Of a stretch of 64,000 nucleotides of DNA, positions 38,385 through 46,304 are shown piece after piece. Origin of the DNA: an uncultured Planctomycetaceae bacterium. GTDB lineage: Bacteria; Planctomycetota; Planctomycetia; Pirellulales; Thermoguttaceae. The translations under genes and the position numbers were made by a program. Below the pieces are notes generated by a model. That model searched no databases, had not been told where the DNA came from, and worked only from the letters and a program-made list of their open reading frames with translations. Every line of letters begins with the position of its first letter. The first letter of the stretch is position 1. The stretch lies in assembly GCA_964442735.1 (NCBI GenBank), contig CAYUAP010000003.1, positions 23,115 to 87,114 of the forward strand. Reading direction: 5' to 3'.

Positions 38385-39500
38385 TTATTTCTTCGTCCTT
38401 TTCGAATAAAAGACACCCTGTCTGACCTCCGCCCCAATAGGACGATTTCGAATCATTATCTCGATCATAGTCCCCGGGTCTGAAAATTCCGTTGGAATCA
38501 AGGCCAAGCCCATATTCAGTTTAAGAGTGGGAGCATACATTCCCGTTGTTACAAAACCAACCTGTTCACCATTGACTTCGACTTCATAATGCGCACGAGG
38601 AACTCCACGATCCTTCATTACAAATTCACACAGTTTACGTGAAACACCCTCCTCTTTTTGTTTCTTAAGGACCGCTTTTCCCAGGAATTCAACTTCCTTT
38701 TCCACGCGGACAAAAAAGCCGAGTCCGGCCTCGATCGGTGAAATATCGGCGGAAATCTCCTGACCGTAAAGTGGAAGTTTTGCCTCAAATCGAAGCGTAT
38801 CCCGAGCCCCAAGACCAATGGGGGTCACCTCCTCTTTTCCAGTCTTTAAAATGGCTTCCCAAAGTGAATTCGCATTTTCATTGGCCGTATAGATTTCAAA
38901 ACCATCTTCTCCTGTATAACCGGTTCGCGATACAAGACAGTTTTTTTTCGCAATCGCAATTTCCGGCATAAAACGGAAAAATCGAATGGAAGAGAGATCC
39001 ATATCAGTCAGATTTTGGAGTATCTCCTGCGCCTTCGGCCCCTGAAGAGACAGTTGTGTATACCGCTGGGAAACATTTTCCAAACGCAAATTACCAAAAG
39101 AATTCGTATGTTGTTGAAGCCACTCGTAATCCTTGTCCGTATTGGAAGCGTTTACCACTAAAAGAAAACGATCTTCCGAAAAACGATAAACGATCAAATC
39201 GTCGACACAACCACCGTTTTCGTAACAGAGGGGCGAATACTGAACTTGACCGTCTTCAACCTTCGTTAAATCATTTGTTATTACCGATTGAATAAAAGAA
39301 AAGGCATCTTTTCCTTCGACAGTAATCTCGCCCATGTGGGAGACATCGAAAAGACCAGCTCTGGTCCGAACCATTTCATGTTCCTTGAGTATACCTGATT
39401 CATATTGAACTGGTAATTCCCAACCGCCAAAATCAATAATTCGTCCACCATTTTCTTTATGTTTCTCGTAAAGAGGTGTTCGTTTAAGTTGTTCTCCCAT
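38385..39500 (-). CDS. gcvT: Glycine cleavage system aminomethyltransferase T
   Basis: MGEQLKRTPLYEKH...GGWELPVQY...LFDVSHMGE... typical GcvT. I prefer the ATG at 39500; the track start at 39551 would overlap argJ by 32 nt. Confidence 0.9.
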   Translation of the reverse strand: MGEQLKRTPLYEKHKENGGRIIDFGGWELPVQYESGILKEHEMVRTRAGLFDVSHMGEITVEGKDAFSFIQSVITNDLTKVEDGQVQYSPLCYENGGCVDDLIVYRFSEDRFLLVVNASNTDKDYEWLQQHTNSFGNLRLENVSQRYTQLSLQGPKAQEILQNLTDMDLSSIRFFRFMPEIAIAKKNCLVSRTGYTGEDGFEIYTANENANSLWEAILKTGKEEVTPIGLGARDTLRFEAKLPLYGQEISADISPIEAGLGFFVRVEKEVEFLGKAVLKKQKEEGVSRKLCEFVMKDRGVPRAHYEVEVNGEQVGFVTTGMYAPTLKLNMGLALIPTEFSDPGTMIEIMIRNRPIGAEVRQGVFYSKRTKK

Positions 39501-39519
39501 ATTTATTATCCTTTTTATA

Positions 39520-40716
39520 TCAGGTGGTATATTCTGAATTGAGTCGGACATATTCCATCGTCAGATCGGAAGTCCAGAATCGAATATCGGCATCGCCCTC
39601 CGCAAAGAAGATTTCAATAGAAGTATCCCGATGATCCCGAATCGACACAGCCACTTCTTTTTTATCAAAGTCAACTGGCGTTCCATTTTTGTAAAGGAGA
39701 AAACCATTAACCTTTAACGAAACCTTCATGGGATCGAAGGGAACGCCCGCTCTTCCTGATGCGGAAGTAATACGGCCCCAATTAGGGTCCGCTCCACAAA
39801 TGGCCGTTTTGACCAAAGCATCATTAGCAATGGTCATCGCTATTTTTTTAGCGGATTCCCGGTCGATACAACCATGAACGTCAATAGTTATCAGATGGGA
39901 AACCCCTTCTCCATCGTTCGGTATCTTTTTTGCCAATTCGATACAGATATCGGTTAATTCCTTGCCAAACCGCTCCAGATCTTCCCCCTGAAGTGGCTCC
40001 GATTCCACCGCCCCATTGGTCAAAAGAAGAAGGGTATCACTTGTACTGGTATGACCTTCGACACTAATGCAATTAAACGATTGGTCAGCGGCATTTTTAA
40101 GTAAACGCTGGGCATCTTCCGGAGTCAACATGGCGTCAGACAGAACCTGAACCAGTAAAGTGGCCATATTGGGACCAATCATGGCGGCCCCCTTTCCCAT
40201 TCCGGCCAGAACAATTGTTTTACCATTGGACAGCGTTAAAGAACGAGAGGCGATTTTCTCGACTGTATCGGTGGTCATCATGGCATGGGCAGCGTTTTGA
40301 AACGATTCGAAATCATATTTCAATTCGCTAACAGCCATTTTGATTCCTTTTTCGATCCGATCCATGGGAAGATGTATACCAATAACACCAGTAGACATAA
40401 CGAGACCTTTATCTTCAGGCAGCCCGAGGAGCCTGGCGGTCTCTGCTATCATTTTATCCGCGTTTTCAATCCCTTTTTGACCGGTACAAGCGTTAGCTAC
40501 ACCCGAATTGGTAATTGTGAGACGGAAACCGGTACCGGGGGTTCTTGTACGATCTAACTGAACCGGAGCCCCACAGACTAAATTCTGCGTATACACACCC
40601 GCAGCCGTTGCCGGTAAATCGGAAATGACAACAGCTAAATCTTTTTTTGTTGTATTCGGCTTGACTTCACAATGAATTCCAGCAAATCGATACCCTTTTG
40701 GAATTAAAAAAGCCAT
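39520..40716 (-). CDS. argJ: Bifunctional ornithine acetyltransferase / N-acetylglutamate synthase
   Basis: IPKGYRFAGIHCEVK, TTDT, autoprocessing site GPNMATLL. Start at ATG 40716 or 40743 (ambiguous). Confidence 0.9.
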   Translation of the reverse strand: MAFLIPKGYRFAGIHCEVKPNTTKKDLAVVISDLPATAAGVYTQNLVCGAPVQLDRTRTPGTGFRLTITNSGVANACTGQKGIENADKMIAETARLLGLPEDKGLVMSTGVIGIHLPMDRIEKGIKMAVSELKYDFESFQNAAHAMMTTDTVEKIASRSLTLSNGKTIVLAGMGKGAAMIGPNMATLLVQVLSDAMLTPEDAQRLLKNAADQSFNCISVEGHTSTSDTLLLLTNGAVESEPLQGEDLERFGKELTDICIELAKKIPNDGEGVSHLITIDVHGCIDRESAKKIAMTIANDALVKTAICGADPNWGRITSASGRAGVPFDPMKVSLKVNGFLLYKNGTPVDFDKKEVAVSIRDHRDTSIEIFFAEGDADIRFWTSDLTMEYVRLNSEYTT

Positions 40717-40913
40717 TTTTATAATACTTCTCCTGATCTCCATTTCACGTAACGGCGGCTAATGTTTCCACGTAGAAACATAATCTTGAGAAAATTTTAG
40801 TCCCCACCACCTCCTGTCAGACTTTTCATTATAACTTTTCACATGAAATATACAAGTGTTCTTGAAATATTTAAAAAGAAGGTTATGATAATATTAGCAG
40901 GATGTATTTTTAG

Positions 40914-41000
40914 CAGGAACATGGACGCATTACCAGTCTCCTAATGGCCGGAAAGCGGACACCGTCCGCGTCCGGGAACGTGGGTATCCAGCCTGCATCC
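40914..41000. repeat. REP-like nested hairpin cluster in the argJ/thiC divergent region
   Basis: aggaacatggacgc...gcggac-acc-gtccgc-gtccgggaacg. Shares ggaac-N-ggacg / gtccg modules with the 121-bp element and with 49335-49405. Confidence 0.4.
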
Positions 41001-41060
41001 CAAAAATAACATAGTAACAACCTAAAAACCTTTTTACTGAAAGAGAAAGAATAAAGGTTA

Positions 41061-42413
41061 ATGATGACGCAATATCAGGAAGCCCAGGCAGGTCGAATTA
41101 CCTCCTTGATGGAACAAGTGGCCGAAAAAGAACGATTGACCCCGGAACAGATTAGAATGGAAGTGGCAGCCGGACGTTTGGTCATTCCAGCAAACCGTAT
41201 TCATTTAGAGAAAGGATTATCCGCTGTTGGTATCGGCAAGGCCGTTACAACCAAGATAAATGCAAATTTGGGTAATTCGTCCCTGGCTGGGGACTCTGTT
41301 TGTGAACTTGCAAAAGTCAATTGCGCCATTTATTATGGTGCGGATACCGTTATGGACCTCTCGACCGGTCCGGATATCGATCTTCTTCGTCAGCGCGTTA
41401 TCGATGCGGTTCAGGTTCCCGTTGGTACTGTTCCTTTATATCAGGTTTGTGAACAATTAGATGATATCGTCGACATGACGCCACAGAATTTCCTTGATAC
41501 CGTCGAACATCAGGCGCAACAGGGTGTCGATTATATGACGATTCATTGCGCTCTTCTTCTTCGACACCTGCCCTTGGTCGATAGCCGATATACAGGTATT
41601 GTCAGTCGTGGTGGTTCTCTAACCGCTAAATGGATGGTTGCCCATAAAGAGGATAATCCGTTTTATACTCATTTTGACGAACTATGTGAAATAATGGCCA
41701 AATATGATATTACCTGGAGTCTTGGCGATGGCTTGAGACCCGGCTGCCTTCACGATGCAAGCGATTCCGCTCAATTCGCCGAATTATCGGTTATGGGTGA
41801 ACTGATTCAAAAGGCCTGGGCCCATGGTAATCAGGTTATGATTGAAGGACCCGGCCATATTCCAATGAACGAAATCGAAATGAACATGAAACGTCAGGCT
41901 AAAGAATGTTTCGATGCACCATTTTATGTGCTCGGTCCTGTTGTCTGTGATATTGCGCCCGGTTATGATCATATTACAAGTGCAATTGGCGCAGCTATGG
42001 CAGCTATGTACGGAGCAGCCATGCTCTGTTATGTAACACCGAAGGAACATCTTGGACTCCCCAATCTGGAAGACGTTCGTAACGGTGTTGTCGCCTACAA
42101 AATCGCAGCCCATTCCGCCGATATTGCGCTCAACAGACCCGGTGCCCGCGACAGAGACGATTTAATGGCCAGAGCCCGATACAGATTCGATTGGGAAGAA
42201 CAGTTCCGCCTGGCACTCGATCCCGAACGTGCCCGGGATTACTATAATGAATCAAGAAATACGGAGGACACTTCTATTCCCCATCCTACATTAAATGAAG
42301 ATGGTACCATTTGCGGAGAACATTTTTGTACAATGTGCGGTCCTAAATTCTGCGCTATGCGAACAACCGCTGAATTAAATCGTATGCGAAATGAATTAAA
42401 AGAAAATAAATAA
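41061..42413 (+). CDS. thiC: Phosphomethylpyrimidine synthase
   Basis: 450 aa. [25 protein letters not shown], and the C-terminal [11 protein letters not shown] Fe-S motif. Confidence 0.95.
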   Translation: MMTQYQEAQAGRITSLMEQVAEKERLTPEQIRMEVAAGRLVIPANRIHLEKGLSAVGIGKAVTTKINANLGNSSLAGDSVCELAKVNCAIYYGADTVMDLSTGPDIDLLRQRVIDAVQVPVGTVPLYQVCEQLDDIVDMTPQNFLDTVEHQAQQGVDYMTIHCALLLRHLPLVDSRYTGIVSRGGSLTAKWMVAHKEDNPFYTHFDELCEIMAKYDITWSLGDGLRPGCLHDASDSAQFAELSVMGELIQKAWAHGNQVMIEGPGHIPMNEIEMNMKRQAKECFDAPFYVLGPVVCDIAPGYDHITSAIGAAMAAMYGAAMLCYVTPKEHLGLPNLEDVRNGVVAYKIAAHSADIALNRPGARDRDDLMARARYRFDWEEQFRLALDPERARDYYNESRNTEDTSIPHPTLNEDGTICGEHFCTMCGPKFCAMRTTAELNRMRNELKENK

Positions 42414-42440
42414 TTAATATTATTTGGAAATCTGTTTCCA

Positions 42441-42472
42441 GGAACGCAGGCAATTCACCTGCTCCTTTTATC
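42441..42472 (+). terminator. Intrinsic terminator candidate after thiC
   Basis: ggaacgcagg caattca cctgctcc followed by ttttatc. 28 nt after the stop. Confidence 0.55.
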
Positions 42473-42563
42473 ACAAAGTTTTAGAGATTATTATGCAAAA
42501 ACTGTTTTCAGTGTTCAGATCCTACTTTTTTTGTCAATCTTGTTAAATTTCCCTGTCTAATTA

Positions 42564-42592
42564 TTGACACTATTGATGATATTTGGTATAGT
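42564..42592 (+). promoter_or_regulatory. Sigma-70-like promoter candidate for the FKBP gene
   Basis: ttgaca (42564-42569), 17-nt spacer, tatagt (42587-42592). Confidence 0.4.
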
Positions 42593-42699
42593 AATATCAT
42601 TGGATTGTGGTATATTCCCCTTGATGGGAAGGGGTAATATTATCGCATATAATTATAAAATCGATTGGTCATTGTTCGGTATTTTTATGAGGAGGTCCT

Positions 42700-43182
42700 A
42701 TGTATTATAATAAATCGAAAACCTGTTTTATTTCCTTTATTGTCGTTTTTCTTGGTATAATAGGTTTCGTTTGTTTTTTCACTTCTTGTAACAAAAATAA
42801 GAATTATGATATATCAGGTAATAAAGATAATACGATTATTACAGAAAAAGGAGAAAATATGAAAGAATTAATAATTGAAGATTTAGTTGTTGGTACAGGA
42901 GCGGAAGCCATGGAAGGTCAACGTGTTTCCGTTCACTATACAGGTACGCTCACAAATGGTACCAAATTTGACAGTTCCCTGGATCGAAAGACACCTTTCT
43001 CTTTTGTCTTGGGAAGAGGTGATGTTATTTCCGGCTGGGATGAAGGAGTAAAAGGAATGAAAGTCGGCGGAAAAAGAAAATTGACCATTCCACCTGACAA
43101 AGCCTACGGCAATAGAACAGTGGGACCGATACCAGCTAATTCCATCCTTGTTTTTGAAGTTGAACTTTTAGCTACAAAATAG
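42700..43182 (+). CDS. Membrane-anchored/secreted FKBP-type peptidyl-prolyl cis-trans isomerase
   Basis: N-terminal TM or lipoprotein-like segment (..FFTSC). VHYTGTLTNGTKFDSS..PFSFVLGRGDVISGWDEGVKGMKVGGKRKLTIPP..AYG FKBP core. gaggagg RBS. Confidence 0.85.
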   Translation: MYYNKSKTCFISFIVVFLGIIGFVCFFTSCNKNKNYDISGNKDNTIITEKGENMKELIIEDLVVGTGAEAMEGQRVSVHYTGTLTNGTKFDSSLDRKTPFSFVLGRGDVISGWDEGVKGMKVGGKRKLTIPPDKAYGNRTVGPIPANSILVFEVELLATK

Positions 43183-43207
43183 TATTAATCCATAATATTT
43201 ATCTGAT

Positions 43208-43236
43208 CGGCATACAGACATACAGCCTGTATGCCG
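43208..43236 (+). terminator. 10-bp perfect hairpin after the FKBP gene (no clear U-tract)
   Basis: cggcatacag acatacagc ctgtatgccg. Confidence 0.3.
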
Positions 43237-43359
43237 GGCATTTGTGCCTTGAACAATCTGTTTTTGATACGTTTCCAAATAATTTCCAAAAATCTCTCTT
43301 GCGTCGAATGACATAAATATTTATCATATAGTGAAAATGACTCTTCCGAAGGAGAGTCT

Positions 43360-45447
43360 ATGGTTTTATATTTAGAGAAAAGAAAAGTCTTCATGAAGGA
43401 AACATCAAAATATCAAAAAATATTTATCCGATTAGGAATCATTATTTTTATTGTGGTAGCCCTGATTGCCGTCGTTTTCTATTTTTATGGTCTTCAATCA
43501 TACAACCGCCCGGAAGAGACCAATTTTGTTTTTAACGGCTGGCGCTATAATCAGGAAGATCAAAAAGAGACGTCTTCAGTTCTGTCCAAGGCGGGATTAT
43601 CCCGATATTCCTGGCAGGATGGAATGTTAGTGGTTCCACAGTCCGAAAAAGAGCAATATGAAACCGTACTAGCGGAAAACAAGGCTTTTCCGAAGGCACC
43701 AAGCGATATTCGTCGGGAAGCACTTCGTGAAATGGGTCCGTTCGAATCAGAGTCGAAGAGTCGTATGCGTGACCTCTATGCGTCCGCACAACAATTGGAG
43801 AAGACGATAGAACAATTTTCTACAAAAATCGGTTATGCAACTGTTGGTGTTCGATCCCGTCGTGAACAGGTCGGTCTGGTCAATCAAACGGTTATTACCG
43901 CTTCCATTGGTGTCTGGACAAAAGAAGAAAATCCCATTACAACAGAACTCCTCTCCTCAATCACCCTAGCCGCCCGACATCAACTCGGAATCAAGGAAAA
44001 TAACGATATCTCCATTTTAGACCTGCGCCTCGGTCAATCGTGGCTTGGTACCGATATTGGAATTAAGACTCCTCAATTTGAATATCAGCAACAGGAAGAA
44101 AAAGAATGGAAAACAAAATTCGAATCGACTTTTGTTCATATTCCCGGAATAAAGATCGATGTTAAAAAAAAGTCTTCGCCAGCCTGTTCAATACCGACCC
44201 TTGCCAGTATCCGAACGGGTGCCGTTCTGGGATGTCCTGGAAGAGAACCTTTTGCTTCCGATTATCGGGTTGCACGTACAAATACTTCATCCACCAAAAA
44301 AACATTTATTTCGTCCACCGAGGTTCCCCCTATACAACAAGAAACAACAGGAGAACTCTTCGTTAATATTGCCATTCCAAAAAGTTATATTCAACAGACA
44401 GTAGGAAAAATTGCAACTCCAGGCCAAAATCCACAAGAGGTCCAGGCCCTAACACAGCGGAAAACAAATGAACTGCTTGAAACTGTTCGTCAAGACGCTA
44501 TGACCCTGTTACCTGTTGAAGAACAAGGAAAAAGCGATTCTCGTCCTCAAGTTCAGGTTTCCGTATTTAATGATCATTCGGTAAAAGTACCGGTTGTTCC
44601 ACAATCAGTCCTATCGCAATCAGTCCTATCACAATCAAAGACACCGATTCCATCAATACCTTCAGAATCATCATTGGAATCGGATACATCACAAACTGCG
44701 AATAAAAAGGTATTTTCCATAAAAACCGAATTAAAAAATATTTGGGACCAGCATTATAAAGAGTGTCTTTATATGGGCGGTGGTTCTATTCTTTTTTTTC
44801 TGATTATCGTTATGATTTGTATTCATATACGTTCCACAAAAAGTAAACAGAATAAAAAAAAGGAAACGGAATTGTCCAATACACTCTCTTCGGAAACGAA
44901 TATTATTGAAACGACTTCTGATGTTCGGAAGGAATCAAAACAAAAAGAACCTCAAAAGCAAGAGTACCTTTACGATTCTACACGGGATGGCGAAGATGAA
45001 TGGGAAAAAATCATTCAGTTAATCGACGAGGAAGATGTTAATAATGTTGAGGATCCTCAATACATTCGTCTCGATCTTAAAGGTCATACTTCATCCGAAA
45101 ATTCCCTTCCGATACTGGACCAAAATAACGATACCAACAACATAAACAATTCAAATACCGATAATGAAACCCATTTTTCCTATCTTGCTACGGATCCATC
45201 CGATAAAACCGCCATGTTACTCAAGGAAGAACGTCCTTCGATCATTGCCGCAATTCTATTGTGGCTACCTCTTGTACGACGTAATGAAATTCTAGCTCTT
45301 TTGGAGGAAAACAAACGAAACGCCGTAACGTCCTGTCTGGCCAAAAAACCGAATGTTCGGACCGATCTATTGAATGCTTTGGAGATAATCCTTAATGAAC
45401 GAAGAAAAAACACCAAACTCGAATCAAGCAGTACCCTTTCCGTTTGA
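43360..45447 (+). CDS. FliF/YscJ-family ring-protein-like membrane protein with long low-complexity linker and a C-terminal FliG-middle-domain-like segment
   Basis: TM1 (GIIIFIVVALIAVVFYFYG). The periplasmic region matches the FliF/YscJ pattern (..LSKAGLSRYSWQDGMLVVPQSEKEQYETVLAENKAFP...QQLEKTIEQF..IGYATVGV...TASIGVWTK....ISILDLRLG). TM2 (GGSILFFLIIVMICIHI). Cytoplasmic tail LLKEERPSIIAAILLWLPLVRRNEILALLEENKRNAVTSCLAKKPNVRTDLLNALEIIL resembles the FliG EHPQ..A.IL..L segment. gaaggag RBS before ATG 43360. Confidence 0.55.
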   Translation: MVLYLEKRKVFMKETSKYQKIFIRLGIIIFIVVALIAVVFYFYGLQSYNRPEETNFVFNGWRYNQEDQKETSSVLSKAGLSRYSWQDGMLVVPQSEKEQYETVLAENKAFPKAPSDIRREALREMGPFESESKSRMRDLYASAQQLEKTIEQFSTKIGYATVGVRSRREQVGLVNQTVITASIGVWTKEENPITTELLSSITLAARHQLGIKENNDISILDLRLGQSWLGTDIGIKTPQFEYQQQEEKEWKTKFESTFVHIPGIKIDVKKKSSPACSIPTLASIRTGAVLGCPGREPFASDYRVARTNTSSTKKTFISSTEVPPIQQETTGELFVNIAIPKSYIQQTVGKIATPGQNPQEVQALTQRKTNELLETVRQDAMTLLPVEEQGKSDSRPQVQVSVFNDHSVKVPVVPQSVLSQSVLSQSKTPIPSIPSESSLESDTSQTANKKVFSIKTELKNIWDQHYKECLYMGGGSILFFLIIVMICIHIRSTKSKQNKKKETELSNTLSSETNIIETTSDVRKESKQKEPQKQEYLYDSTRDGEDEWEKIIQLIDEEDVNNVEDPQYIRLDLKGHTSSENSLPILDQNNDTNNINNSNTDNETHFSYLATDPSDKTAMLLKEERPSIIAAILLWLPLVRRNEILALLEENKRNAVTSCLAKKPNVRTDLLNALEIILNERRKNTKLESSSTLSV

Positions 45448-46225
45448 CGATTTAGAGAAACGGACAACCGACTATTTGGGAAAAGTTCGTTTGGAAGCGG
45501 AACAACTTGCCCGGCAAACAAAGGAAGATATACGCATTCTCAAACAGCGAACGGAAGCGGAATTACAAGTACGACAGGAAGTATTGGAGAATACACGGAT
45601 GGAACTTTTGGCGTTCCAGACGAAACTGGATCTTCGTGAACAGGATCTTCAGAAACGTACGGCTCAACTGGAACAGGCAGCATTTCAGGAGAGTCGTGAT
45701 ACTGGCTTGGAACAGGGAAAAAAGGAAGGTTTTCTCGAAGGAAAACGCCTTGCACAAGAGAAATTTGACGAGCAAGTACAGCAAGAAACGACACGTCTTG
45801 TCGACGAAAAGATGAAGACGTTAACGCCTTTAATGAACAGACTTGTCCAGGAACTTTTGGATATTCGTCAATCACTTCTGGGATATTGGCACGAAAATAT
45901 ATTGCAAATAGCGGCGGCAATTGCATTTCAGACAATAAATCGGGAACTCCCCAAAATAAAGGACATTCCACTGGATCTCCTCAAGGAGGCGCTGGTTCTC
46001 TCGGTCGGCTGTACAATTTTGAAAATTCGAATGAATCCTTCAGATTGTACTGTTTACAAAAAAGAACTGGATGCCCTACTACAAGAGATGGGACTCCTGA
46101 CGAAAATCGAAATCGAAGCAGATAATCGAATTTCCGCCGGAGGTTGTGTCGTGGAAACATCTATGGGTACTATCGATCAGCAATTGGAATCTCGGCTGGA
46201 ACGTATTATTTCTGAATTGTCCTGA
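45395..46225 (+). CDS. FliH/SctL-like (type III secretion/flagellar ATPase stator) protein
   Basis: E/Q/K-rich coiled-coil N-half. C-half ...ILQIAAAIAFQTINRE......IRMNPSD......IEADNRISAGGCVVETSMGTIDQQLESRLERII matches the FliH C-terminal pattern. Overlaps the upstream gene by 53 nt. Confidence 0.55.
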   Translation: MNEEKTPNSNQAVPFPFDDLEKRTTDYLGKVRLEAEQLARQTKEDIRILKQRTEAELQVRQEVLENTRMELLAFQTKLDLREQDLQKRTAQLEQAAFQESRDTGLEQGKKEGFLEGKRLAQEKFDEQVQQETTRLVDEKMKTLTPLMNRLVQELLDIRQSLLGYWHENILQIAAAIAFQTINRELPKIKDIPLDLLKEALVLSVGCTILKIRMNPSDCTVYKKELDALLQEMGLLTKIEIEADNRISAGGCVVETSMGTIDQQLESRLERIISELS

Positions 46226-46304
46226 CCTCCCTGTTAATCAATGGTGCCCATTTTCGTCTCTATTTCCAGTACGATTGTAGTTAAATAATAAAAGATTTCC
46301 CCCA

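Noticed and set aside
40744-41060. TPP riboswitch expected upstream of thiC
   Set aside because: I could not find the conserved CUGAGA and ACCUGAUCUGGAUAAUGCCAGCG cores on the + strand. This is reported as an absence needing a cmscan check, not as a feature.
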